DNA from: Neoechinorhynchus agilis
Lineage: Eukaryota; Animalia; Acanthocephala
Direction of reading: 5' to 3'
DNA: 64,000 nt
Assembly (NCBI GenBank): GCA_051530055.1
Contig: CM121342.1
Coordinates: 6,802,864 to 6,866,863 of the forward strand
This document shows positions 10,812-23,269 of the stretch, one piece after another. The notes under the pieces were generated by a model that was not told where the DNA came from, did no database searches, and saw only the letters and a list, made by a program, of their open reading frames with translations. The translations under genes were made by a program, and so were the position numbers. Positions within the stretch are counted from its first letter, which is position 1; each line of letters opens with the position of its first letter.

Positions 10812-11729
10812 GTGCTTTGCTTTTATATGAGATGAGCACATTTCGCCGATATATCCTGCGAACAAATATTGCAACGCAGAAGTTCCCTAATCGTGAAGTG
10901 TTGACATTCTTTATTTCTCTAAAATCACTGTGGAACACAGAACAGCGCTCACCAGACCGAAATCGGTGGACAGTGTGTGCATTCAGCCGTGTATGGAGAA
11001 AAAACCCATCAAAATACTACCGGCTAAACAACATATAAAAATTCTAAAAATCCTCGCTAAAATTGTATACAGGACTATCACCATGAATCAAGTTTAGTGG
11101 CTGCTTCAATGATAAATGTTCAGTCCGTCCTAAATGAAGGAGGGTGTCCGCAATACCTGAGGACACGACTGTCACCGCGATTTTCTTTTACTGGCGAATC
11201 TTTGCCAAATAAATACTTTGAATTCAAAAATATTTGCCAAAATAAGATTGATTAGGATTTTTTTCCAGTTCCGCCTGGTACATCGAGGAAATGATGTTTC
11301 TATTTTTCGTATCAATGGCATTCAAGATCACATTGTAAGCAAGTCTCGGATCTGTAAGTAGCAGTGATTCATTTTCCGAAATGTAATTTTTAAGAATGCG
11401 AATGTTGTAGTTTGTTTCTCTTAGTATTTCAGAGGAGAGCTGATTGCCACCGGCGTATCGGATAAGTGATGGCAACCCGACGGATCGTATTTCTCAGCCA
11501 TTCGCAGACCAACCAAAATCGCGAAAAGGCGCCTCACTCCATGTGAAGACTGCGTGGAAGCCGCTTCTGCTCTTGACATGTCCCAAAGTTGGTTGTCTTC
11601 CAATAATCATTGTCTTTGGCGAGGATTCCAGCTACTCACATAACATCTCCCGAGGAAATCATCGACATAATGAGAAACACTGACGGTATCAACTTGGGAT
11701 GTTTGCGCCGCCAATTAGCCTCAAGAACA

Positions 11730-14700
11730 GGTCGACGCCTGGTCCGTGTACTTCGTCGTGGTGGGACCGCTTCATCTTCAATGTGTTCCACTGGGCTGTC
11801 TGGTAGTGTGACTTCTGATTCGAATCCAGGTCTTTGTGTGTCACTTTTTTCGTTCTTCTCCTCTGCCGAACTGGATTCCCTTTCTCTTATTAAATCCGCA
11901 TGGCATCGTCGCTCCCGGCCATTATCGTCCCACGTTTATCGCGACTAATTTTCCCAACCCCCACGGGCTTGCTTTATCCTCTTTGAACTGAATCGGTTGG
12001 TCGTCGAACGTGCTCATCTTCTTTTCTGATCCCTTCCGATCACTCGCATTCGGTGTTGGGCTTGATGTTATCGAAGATAGTGGTCAATCTTCGACCAAGC
12101 ATCATTGTGGCAGGTGCTATTCCGGTTGTAGCATGAGGCGTATTCCGGTAAGCCATCAGGAAAGCATCTATGCTCTCGTTCGACATTCCTTCCCCCAATT
12201 TGCGCGTTTCAATGTCGCTTGGCAAGGCCGTAAGTTCTAGGATGGTAGGGGCTCGCACGAATGTGTCTTATCTGACGCTCTTGACAAAACTTTCTGAACT
12301 CCTCTGAATTGGGGGCCATTGTCCGACACTATGGACCGAGGCACTCCGAATCTGCTAAAACAACTCCGTAGACATTTGATCACTCTTTTCGACGTGCAGT
12401 TATCCCCCGATGTCCACACCTCCCGCCATTTGGTGCAAGCGTCTATTAGTACAAGGCATACTATACCCTTGACGGGGCCAGCGAGGTCCACGTGTACACG
12501 CTTCCATGGATTCGTTGGCCAATCCCAGCTTAATAGCAGCGTTTCGGCCTTATTCGGTCGATTCGCTTGACACATCGAACATGTTCCTATCTTGCTTTTG
12601 ATAGCATCCTCCATTTTCGGCCAATATGCATAATATCGTCCAAGTGCTATCGTCGCCTCCCGTCCAGGATGCCCGCTGTGCAATCTGTCGATGACAGTTA
12701 CTCTTAGGTCTTCAGGAAGTCGATCGAGGTATAGAATTATTCCTTCGATGGTGCTGAGCTCGTCTCTAATCTTCCAAAACGGCTCATCTGCATGTTTTAT
12801 TTCTGAAGGCCACCCAAAACGTATATATTTCATTACTCGTTGCAGCTGATCGTCTTTTCTAGTCATCTCATTTTCTATTTTTTCTTCGATAATCAGTCTC
12901 AGGTTGAACTTGTCGTCGTCTGTTTCGTTCTCTGTACGATTTGTGTTGGCCAAACGTGACAAACAGTCCGCTATTTTGTTTCGCTTTCCTTCGATTGCCC
13001 TTATGTCATAGTCGTACTCAATCAGAATGGTGGCCCATCTGATTAGCCTTTGGTTTGTTATTTTGGACAGTTCTCGTTTTGTACTAAAGATATATTTGAA
13101 GGGTTTATGATCAGTTTCGAGCAAAAACTTCCTTCCAAAAACATATATGTGGAATCTCCTGACAGCGAAGATCAGTGCTAACGCCTCCTTGTCGATGGTC
13201 GAGCAATTGAGTTCGGCCTTCCGCAATACTCTCGATGCGAACTTTACAGGATGCTTCGATCCGTCTTCCAATTCGTGAAACACGACGGCACCAACGCCTA
13301 TTTCGCACGCATTACAATTGATGATAATCTTTTTCTGGGCATCGTACGGCATCAGATTCGACGATTTAGTGATCATGCTTTTTACCCTTTTTTGAAGACC
13401 GATTCTTGGTGTTTTGTCCATTCAAACTTTTTTCCTTTCGATGTCAGTTCATACAGCGGTGAACGTATTGGATGCAGTTGGTTAATGAATCGCTCCAAAA
13501 AATTTACCATCCTCAAAAAACTTCGTAGCTGCTTCAGATTCTCATATCTTGGAGCATCATCGATTAGGTCTCTTATCTTGTCATTGGTTGGACATATTTT
13601 TCCGGCCCAAATATCTCACATTATCTTGCGCTATAACACATTTGCTCACCTTGGCTCGTAGTCCAGCAACTTGTAATCGCTTCATTACTTCATAAAGGTT
13701 TTTCCGATGATCTGATGCCATCGCTCCCGTAATTATAATATCGTCCATATACGCTGCTACTCGAGGAATATCTTTTAACACTTTATCGATATATCTTTGG
13801 AAAATTTTCGGAGCACTTCTAATGCCGAATGGCATTCTTTTATATTGAAAAAAGTCCGAATGGAGTTGTGATTACCAACAATCGGCGAGATTCCGGATCC
13901 ACTTCCATTTGATGATAAGCTTCTGACAAATCAAGTACCGAATATCGCTTGCCATCTGCGATCTTGTGATTTAGTTCATCGAAAGTCGGTATCTGACGAA
14001 TTTCATCATCAAGAAATTTGTTTATTGTGGTCCTGAAGTCTCCACAAATTCGTACATTCCCATCTTTCTTTTTCACAACCAAGATGGGTGTCACCCATTC
14101 AACATTGCTTCCAATATCAACAACTTCTTCGATGATCCCTTTTTTCATTAATCGTTTCAGTTCTTCTTTGAGCAGCGATTGAATTGTAAATGGAATCCTT
14201 CGTCCCTTATATTTTATCGGTCGTACATCTGGGTTATTCAACTTGAGACTCACCGTGAAATCCTTCACTACCCCCTCAGGTTCTTGAAACACCTCAGGAA
14301 AATCTCGAATAAGATCTTGCTTTGTGAGTTTCGATCCGTCTCTCAGGCAACACCCGTGCACTTCCTCTTGTAGTTTCATGTCGAATTCCATACACCATGG
14401 CAGGCCAAACAAACATCTTGTGGTTTGGCGCACCATCTTGGCCATCAAACTTCTCCTTTGCCCCCTCAACTCCACGATCACATCGCATTCGCCCAGGCTT
14501 CTTATCCGAGTACCTCCAAAACACCTCAATTCTCGCCTTCCCAGGGAGTTTTGCACGCCCGATTCGCTGCCACAAGTGCTCAATAATTACACTCACCTCC
14601 ACCCCTGTGTCGAATTGCATGATGCATCGTACTCCGTTGATCCTCACTTCAATTTCCATCTTCTTATTCTTTGATCGATTTGGTTGATTCACCATATCTA

Positions 14701-15703
14701 TGTCTAAAATATCGCCCTCGCTTTCTTTGTCCTCCATAATATTCATCCGTTTGGTTCGACATTTACGGGCAAAATGCCCGATCCGTTTGCAATTATGACA
14801 TCTTCCCTTGGCTGCTGGACATGCTGATCCGAATCTATGCACCCATCCACATTTCTCGCAGGTATTATTCTCGTTTCGATTACCATTACTTTTCCACGCA
14901 CCACGATGATTAGGAGACCACTTTTGAGTTCTCGGTGTGAAACTCCTTCCTTCGACTTTGTTCACATCGCAGTGCACAACGTCGCTCGCATTTCAACTAA
15001 TGATTTGTTGAGCCCTTTCGCTCGCCTCCATTCCTTTCTCCATTTCCAAAAGCTTCTTCTCAACGACTCATTTGGCGTATTCAAAATGACCAAATCTTTT
15101 ATTCGGTCATCGACCGCGCTTCGTTCGTCTTTTATGTCGGTTGAGAAAAACTTACATCCTCTAGCAACTCCTCTTAGTTCACTAACCCATTGCTCGTGCG
15201 TTTGATTGTCATCCTTTCTTTTCGAGCTGAACAGGTATCGTGCCAAGATCTCAGGAATTTCTGTTTGAAAGTGTCGATTCTGCATTTGTACGAGCTCACT
15301 GTTTGTCATCGAAACCAAGTCTTGTGCTGCCGTTATTTTTTTATTGTCTTATATGTGTCCGCTTCCTACCCCATGAAAGCAAATTCGATTTCTTACTCTC
15401 TTCATCCACTATGCCATTCGCTTGCATGTATTGAGTGAGACACTTGTTCCATGTATTCGGACCAACTCTGTCGTTCCGCTTCGTAGGATCGGAATGGATT
15501 GACTGCTCTTTGAACTCCTAATGGGTTGATGCTCATTCCAGTGAAAGCCCTGACTGCATCATTTCCCGAATCTGTTTTGCTTGTTCCTTGATAATCTCAT
15601 TTAGCGCCATCCAACCATCGTCGCCAAATGCTATCGGGGTCTCGGATATTATTGCCCAAACCCAAAAACCAACTCGGCTACGCGTATCACACACACCAAT
15701 GGA
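11730..15703 (-). mobile_element. Decayed Ty3/Gypsy LTR retrotransposon (gag-PR-RT-RH-IN)
   Basis: Gag with CCHC knuckles (CEKC..H..C; CHNCKRIGHFARKC), protease FDTG, RT (VVKKKDGNVRICGDFR, LDLSEAYHQ, YMDD), RNase H (EALAL), integrase HHCC and GPY/SDNGPQF. PBS-like TGGCGACGATGG at 15626-15615 after ..CA. Multiple frameshifts. Confidence 0.9.
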
Positions 15704-16135
15704 GCTTCTAAGAGCCATCGAAATAACTCTCCAGACTTTCCTCGTTTACAAATAGCTTTAACTAACAAAATACTTATCGCCCACAAAAACTTTCCTTTCT
15801 CCGAAATAAGTTCGGGTGGCTGTTTAAGAGGACTCCCTTGGTCGACGCAACGCTGATTCCTTCCCTAATTTGGCCTCTTCTGAATTAAAACAGGTTCAAG
15901 GCTCTATCAATCAGAACCTCCGCCCGGGCTCAATTTACAATCGCTGAACCACATCAGACCCCACAAAATCTTAAAAGCCCAAATCTGAAACTTTTGTCAA
16001 CTCGTCGGCACTCCCTTTAGTTTCGTCATACGAATTACTACCGCATCTCAAGAAATTATCTCGAAATTCGTCCTCTCAATCAGTAATCCCAATATGGGCT
16101 CTTCCCTGAATCATCCTTGAACTCATAGACCAGCT
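15704..16135 (+). mobile_element. Fragment of the CR1/L2-like LINE family
   Basis: Reverse complement of sequence inside the copies at 24170-24690 and 40680-41085. Confidence 0.65.
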
Positions 16136-17002
16136 TCAAAGCTTTCAAACCATTTATAGTTGTCATAGTGATTAAGCAACATTTTCGGCTCTTATTTAAA
16201 TTTTTGGGCTTTTTAAAGTTTAAAAGTGTTAGCTGAGTGCACAACGATGAGTAGAATTAAAACATAATATTATTTATTTCTTTTTAAAAAATAATTTACC
16301 GGTTTTAAAATCGGCCACTGCAAATCCGGAGAAATCAATTAATCGTAATAGGCTTTTTTTTCGAAGACAAAATGAAAAGTCACAAAGTTATGAGTATTTA
16401 ATGAGACAGTAAATATAGAGACCTGATGAAGGAAATTCGTTTGTTTATTAATCAGTGATGTTAATAATGTCGACAAGAAAATCAGAATAAAAATATCAAG
16501 ACAATACATTGAGCTTTGCTCGCAAAGTGGTGTAGGTTCTCGTATGAAAAAATTAAACTGGATGCAGTGAATAAAAATTAAGTATTGTTTTTTAAATGAA
16601 AAGAACGTACGAAAATTTTCTCAACTATGCAATCAAACCATTATTGATCTTTTACAAAAAGTGTCGTCGATTTAAGTTTTGTTGATAATCAAATGATGAT
16701 CGCGAAAAGAACCGAACCGGAAACACGATCGACGGTTTACATAATTTCTCTCAAATGTAAGCAGCGGTTATAATCAACAAGTGATTCGTAAAGCTTTATA
16801 ATAATCGCGAAATTACAGCAAATAGTCATCAATAAATAAGCAAAATAAATAATTGTTTGTTATATTTTGGTTATGGCGAAAAGAATAAAAGCGTATCCAA
16901 TACATTTACAATTGCTAACGAGCATTACAACGAGCATCCCAAATTCTCCGACCCTCCACGAAAATATCTATTAAGTCAATATTCAGAACTGCAAACTATA
17001 CA

Positions 17003-18913
17003 ATGAATCCTGAGATTATTGAAGTTCTTCAAGAAATTCTTGCTCAAGTGGACAACAAGCTTGAGAACGCAGAGCGAGAAATGCCCACAACTGAACAAAT
17101 CGATCTTACCGATATCAAAATTATTGACGGCCATGACAGTGAACCAAAAGACGATCGAGAAGTAGAAATATCTCGTAAGGGATTGCTGGATGTTGAACTT
17201 AAAGAAACCAACGATCGAAATATGAACGAAATAGAAAAAGATCAATCTGCAAATATTGCGAAATGGCCTTCTTTGGTTGGTCAAATCGATGCGATTATTG
17301 TCAAAGATATCGCAAATTATGACAATGCGGGTGTAATTGGTCTTGAGATGGTAAATAAATCTTTGGCGGCAAAGAGGAAATCCGCATCTTATCCTGTCAA
17401 ACTTCTGAAAAGTAAAAATGGAAAGTCTTGTAAAAATTGCCGAACCAAGAAGAGCGTATCCTGGTTTTATACTAAAGAAATAGTTCTTTGTTGCAAATGT
17501 GCACAATTGACTCTCACATCGCCGAAAAAAGGAAGCAATGAAGATAAAAATCAGAAACTTCCATTGCAACCTCCTCGTGTCAAAAGCGTTCCCAATCTCT
17601 CGGATAGTTCAGCGAATACTTCAGATATTTGTTGCCGACGATGTGGAAAAGGGAGAAGTTCTGAATGGTATTCCTGTTATCAACTTATTCTGTGTAAAGG
17701 TTGTGCCCCGCAATCAGCAACTCGGCTTACAGGAATCTTGAGTAGCTCTCAAGCGAGTACCGTTAATCCGAACGAAAATACATCTCAGCTACAAACAGAA
17801 TCTATCTGCGCAGTTTCCAATATCGATCTCGGTGTAAAAGCGAACAAACGGTCCACTGGATCGAACAAAAAAAATTCTACAAATTTCAAATGTTGCAACA
17901 AATGCGGTTCAAACGATAATTCAATTTTGTATTCATCGAAAGGATCTTTCACATGTCAGGAATGTACTTCTTCAAACAAGCAAGCGAGTAAAATTCAACA
18001 TAAAAATAATCAAGAAGATGAACTCGAATGTAAAGAAGAAGCAGTAAAATTGTCACATTACCTTTCCTTAAACAGTCAAACCAATCAGAACCCAGAATTA
18101 GAAGACAAGACTGGAGACACTGGCGATATTCGATGTTGCATTAAATGTGGAATGAGTGAAATTTCTAAATTGTTTGATTATTGTGGACTCTGTCTTTGTG
18201 AGAAATGCATAGAAGCCAGTATTCCAAAAGACCAAACGAATATTGCTGTCGAGCAAAGTCAAGACCAAAATGAAGACAATTTCAATGAAGCGTTCAGCAA
18301 AAGAACCATTGAACCGACAAAACGCAAGCACCCGGAAACAAGTTCTACGCGGGCGAAACGAGCAAAAGTTCAACGTCAATGCAATCGATGCAAAGTTGTT
18401 GTAAGTCGAATCAGATACCGTCGAAATGAACTTTACTATTGTAATTCCTGTGCGATTATCGAAGGTTTTTTGGATGCAAAAACAAGTTCAGCCGTTAAAA
18501 CTAAAAAAGCGGTGATGCGAACAGGAGATCTTAAATGTTCTTCAATTAAGCAAGGGCAAAAATCTTTAAAGCGCGGAGTGCCGTTAGACCAAATTGAGCA
18601 ACAACCACGAACAAAATCACGGAGAACCAGAATGCAAGAATCGAGCACTTTAAATCGAAGTGCAACTGAACCTTTGAAACCCTCGCCCTTCTTAGAAGAA
18701 ACACTACAAACCCTCGGCAGATTAATAAATTTATCGTCGGCCCAAAGTGAATTAATCCAGCAAAGCAATAAACTGACATCGAATGTTCCATCGATGAATT
18801 GGACGCCTACATTGAACTCAATGTTAATATCTGCCGCGCGGATAAGTGCAGAAGTTCAGGCTGAGAAAGATCGTTCCGAGAAACAATCTGGGAAGGATTT
18901 ATGCGATATTTAG
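17003..18913 (+). CDS. Five-finger GATA-like C4 zinc-finger protein, 636 aa (copy G2)
   Basis: Intact ORF from ATG and near-identical to G1, with an extra 19-aa segment (SQLQTESICAVSNIDLGVK). Flanks ~16390-19410 duplicate ~2195-5090. Confidence 0.85.
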   Translation: MNPEIIEVLQEILAQVDNKLENAEREMPTTEQIDLTDIKIIDGHDSEPKDDREVEISRKGLLDVELKETNDRNMNEIEKDQSANIAKWPSLVGQIDAIIVKDIANYDNAGVIGLEMVNKSLAAKRKSASYPVKLLKSKNGKSCKNCRTKKSVSWFYTKEIVLCCKCAQLTLTSPKKGSNEDKNQKLPLQPPRVKSVPNLSDSSANTSDICCRRCGKGRSSEWYSCYQLILCKGCAPQSATRLTGILSSSQASTVNPNENTSQLQTESICAVSNIDLGVKANKRSTGSNKKNSTNFKCCNKCGSNDNSILYSSKGSFTCQECTSSNKQASKIQHKNNQEDELECKEEAVKLSHYLSLNSQTNQNPELEDKTGDTGDIRCCIKCGMSEISKLFDYCGLCLCEKCIEASIPKDQTNIAVEQSQDQNEDNFNEAFSKRTIEPTKRKHPETSSTRAKRAKVQRQCNRCKVVVSRIRYRRNELYYCNSCAIIEGFLDAKTSSAVKTKKAVMRTGDLKCSSIKQGQKSLKRGVPLDQIEQQPRTKSRRTRMQESSTLNRSATEPLKPSPFLEETLQTLGRLINLSSAQSELIQQSNKLTSNVPSMNWTPTLNSMLISAARISAEVQAEKDRSEKQSGKDLCDI

Positions 18914-19639
18914 TTTAATATATTAGTAGACTCTTTGTTTTGGTTTGATTATGATGATCGTTGTTTACACAAAAATCAATCGTTCATTATTTAAATTGGG
19001 CTTTAGGGCAACTCATCGATGATTTCAACCCACTCACTTTACTAATTTCAGAATATTGAGTTGGTAGTAATAACATCGATAAAAGGTATCGCATTTAATC
19101 CAGAATACCGAAGCATCACGGTTGAGATAGTATAAAGAATAAGGCAGACTTCAAGCTTAACCTTAAAAGGAGTGCAGTTCAATTTTCAAACATATGCATT
19201 AGATTTATGGCGACTCTGCTTGTTTGAACGTAAGGGTATGGAGTCCAGTGCACTAAAAATAGCACGAGCCGCATATTGGATAATCTCCACCTTAATGCAC
19301 CTCAGAAACCCCGCATTCGGTGTAATGAATCGAGTAAACAGAGGAATCACATTGGTGGCATTTTTGATTCAACTTCAACAACAAATGACAAATAGAGGAT
19401 CGATTGTGCTCCTCACCAAGGAACTTGAACTTCTTTGGAGCATGTTCAGAATTTAACATGGTGTCGGATCCTCAAGGACTCTCCTTATCTACGCAACGCT
19501 ACCCCTTCTGAATCTTTATCAATCAGAATCTCTGCCTTGACTCAATTTACAGTCTCTAATCCATGGAGGCTGCATCGGCGTCGTCGGTGTTTGTACGATT
19601 TGTATTTATAGGAAATTTCCTTTAACTATCTCATGCCTG

Positions 19640-21060
19640 CTTTACTCATGCAAATGTATAAATGTACCGGAGTTATCTCGATTTTTCGTCGTCATTCAAC
19701 TGCAATGCTTCTTTGTGCTTTTTTTAAATATTCTATTATTAGTAATTCCACTAAGTCTTGTTTCAATGGAACAACATGGAAGAGAACAGAAATGCGAGAT
19801 AACGTACTCCGAACCGATTTTAGCCTTTGGAATAAGATGTTACGAAAATGATTCTGTTGGGAGAATGGAATCGATTATTAATTTATTACGATCTGCTCAA
19901 CAAAATCAAGAAAATTTTGAATTTAATAATGTCGATCTTGAAGATATTCCGCAATATTTTGTTTTGTTATTTCCCCAAGTCGTAAAGGTCAGTACTGAGC
20001 AATTCTTTACTTGAGAGAGCGAGAAATAAATTAGAATCGATTCCAGCTGAAAACCATCAAACGAAGGAAATTATAACATTTATACTTTCACTTGTGAGCG
20101 TATTGTTCGATAAACGAAGTATTTCCAATAGCGATAATTGCCGTGGGAGTTGGGCAGGAATTATTGATATACTGTTGAAACTCAAACTTAGTCGAACAAG
20201 ACTCATAAATTCTTTAAAAGCGTCTTCATCAATCTTAACAATTCCAGTTCTCTTTATATTTAACTCTTTTACACGTTTGAGTTTATAAAGTAAAGAATTG
20301 CTCAGTACTGACGATCTGTATGATTGTTCCGATTCGTGAATGACAGTTACCTTTAAGACTTGAGGAAATAACAAAACGAAATTTCTAGGAATATCTTTAA
20401 GATCGACATTACCAAATACAAAATTTTCTTGATTTCGTTGAGCAGATCGTAATAAATTAATAATCGATTCCATTCTCCCAACAGAATCATCTTCGTAGCA
20501 TCGTATTCCAAAGGCTGAAATCGGATCGGAGTGCGTTATCGCGCATTTCGGTTCTCTTCCATTTTGTTCCATTGAAACAAGACTTAGTAGAATTACTAAT
20601 AATAGAATATTTAAGAAAAGCACAAGAAGCATTGCGGTTGAACGACGACGAAAAATCGAGATAACTCGGGCACATTTTTACATTTGCATGAGTAAAATAG
20701 GCGTGAGATACAACATCGTTTTTCACCGACGCGCGGAGAAAAATCCGAATTTAACCTCCACCTTTCACAAATTGAGTGACTTTTATCATTCTAAAAATTA
20801 AGGTTTTGGTTAGTTCCTCCTCAAAAGGGTATTTTGAGGTGCGGTCTTGGTAGAGGACGCTTCCGTATGGTTTTTTGTACTGAAATTTCAACCAATAGCT
20901 ATAAAGTAAAATGTCGACAATATAAAATCCGTTAACTTCTTATACACAAATATCGTGACAATTTCGGATTATAAATTCAGTAATTTCGTTATCCTCTAAG
21001 AATACAATAAAACCTTTTATCTCAGGAATTTACACCTTTAAGGATCCAATTTTTATAGAA
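19640..21060. pseudogene. Rearranged LRR fragments: + strand 5' piece with deletions joined head-on to a - strand 5' piece and its upstream region
   Basis: ORFs 19715-20014 (+) and 20057-20632 (-) both encode LRR N-termini. The inversion junction is at 20073-20076. Confidence 0.85.
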
Positions 21061-21189
21061 TAGAAATGTGCCTCGAAAATACCCCTGCAGCGTCAATCTA
21101 TGCTGGTTTCGTCTACAATTGAACCGGAACGACTCAATTGCATTTCGAGTGTTCACGACTCGCGCATATTGACGCAAGGAAGGAGGACG

Positions 21190-21535
21190 TGGGCAAGGTT
21201 GTCTGCCTCCATGATAATTCGCTGAAGCTCACATTTAAGATGCTCTCAAGTTTGTAGAGCTTAGCCAAATTGTTCTGATAGTTGAAGGTTGGAGTAGTTC
21301 TGAGCTTGTAGAGAAGTTTCGGTATGTAGAGGCAATTTTTTATGAGAAAACGGCCTCGTGGACTTTTAGCTTTGAAACCCTCTCACACTGCAACTCAAGA
21401 CTGGACAGTATACTTTCGATATCCATTGGAACGTTAACCCCTGGCAAGTCGCCCGTTGCTTCTTTGCATCGCGAGGTGAGGGTCAGTCGTAAATCGTAAG
21501 GAGGAGCCCGAAAATCGCCAAGAAACGGCACAATG
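21190..21535 (-). mobile_element. CRE-like (restriction-like-endonuclease) non-LTR fragment
   Basis: Frameshifted [21 protein letters not shown]...SWRQTTLP, the same family as 41551-42900 and 55560-57206. Confidence 0.65.
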
Positions 21536-22508
21536 TTTTCTAAAATAACCTGCCTTTGTCAAACTTATAATCCTGCCGCAAACGGGACAATCTGCAGATA
21601 CGACAAAAATTGTTTCTTTTACTTTCTATTGTCGAATTTGTGCCTTTTTTTGGTCAAAACGTAACTAGAAGACAGGGTTAAACGAATATTTTCAATAGGT
21701 TCTAAAATATAAACATTTTGCAGTTAGGCACACAAATCGAGTAAAGTTTAAATGATAAGACCTATTTAGCTTAATTGATGAACAAAAAGCTATAGTACAA
21801 ATTAATCAATGTCCTAACAAAAATTGCTTGATTGAATGTGACTAAAAAACCATTTAATTCAACAGACGCCGAAAATCTTATTAGTACAACGTATTATACT
21901 GCAAAAAATAGAAATGCATTGATTATTGAAGGCAAAAATAAATTAATGTAAAGGACAGTTTGACCTTGCACATTTTAAAGAAGCAAAGTTGTAACTCAAA
22001 AAGTGATGGTCAGTTAAACAGATATTTTGACCCGTCGATAGAAAATTTTGTAAAGTTGCATTGCTAGAGAAAAATGGGATATGCAACTTTGCTTATTTTT
22101 TGACTAAACCTTCATGCCGCATACTTTGAAAATAAATAGCCTCTAATTTATTAGTAATATTTAAAGATTAAAAACTGTACTTAATTCCGGAAAATCCTAG
22201 GAATGCTTAGAAGAATTTCGTTCTTGGGAGCGCTGCTTAAATGAACGTATCAGCGAATATTTGGCGATAAATCCATAAAAAAATTAATGAGAGCGTTTAG
22301 AACAAATGTGAGATGTTGTTCCACAACAAAAATTTTATAAAAAAAGTACATTCCCTTAACGAGCAAAAAAAGCATTCCAATAATAAATGAATGCGAGCGG
22401 CGGTGATAATCAACGAGTGATTCGTCAAACTATTCAGTAATTCCGAAATTACAGCCACTAATTGTCCATAAATAAAAAAAATGAGACCTTATTGGTTTTG
22501 CTTGAGTT

Positions 22509-23075
22509 TTGGCGAGGAGCATAAAAGCGCATCCATTACTATCTACAATTGCTAAGGAGCATTACTACGAATATCTCACAATTCCCCGATCCTTCACGAA
22601 AATATCCATTAAGTCAATATTCAGAACTGCAAAGTATACAATGAATCCTGGGATCGTTGAAGTTCTTCAAGAAATTCTCGCTCAACTGGGCAACGAGCTT
22701 GAGAACGTAGACCGAGAAAGGTTCACAACTGAACAAATGGATCCAAACGATTTCAAAATTATTGACGGCCACGACAGTAAACCAAAAGTAGATTACGGGG
22801 TAGGAATATCTCGTCAAGGATTGCAGGACGATGCATCTGAAGAAACTAACGAAACCTTCTCAATGACCGCACCTGCTATAAACGAAGAAGTAAACAGTTT
22901 GATGCAAGTTCATTCGAGAATTATTTCGCTAATTTCAACAATAAGTCAGCTCGCGATTGTGAACGAACAGGACGAATTGAACGATGATTCCGCCGCGGCT
23001 AAGGTAGCAGAACAAATTCAACCACTTCGAACTATGGACGAATTAGAAAAATATCAATCTGCAAAGATAATAATA
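22509..23075 (+). pseudogene. 5'-only fragment of the GATA-like gene (copy G3)
   Basis: Encodes MNPGIVEVLQEILAQ...; homology stops before the first finger. Confidence 0.8.
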
Positions 23076-23269
23076 ACTTCCTATTATTGCACGAAGAAGA
23101 GGACTCATGTACTTCTGGTTCTCCTAAACATTCGAGTTCTGATTTGTTAAATGAATGCGATTGTCTATTTTGGAGTAAATTAGGGTTCGGTTGGGTGGGA
23201 ATATTCGGTCGGGAGGGATGAGCGGTAGGGTGGGAAAGTTGGTGGTTATTGTTTGCAGGAGAGTTTGTG

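Noticed and set aside
10830-11700. Unassigned sequence, part of which recurs at 45555-45630
   Set aside because: Probably another TE remnant, but I could not support a family call.
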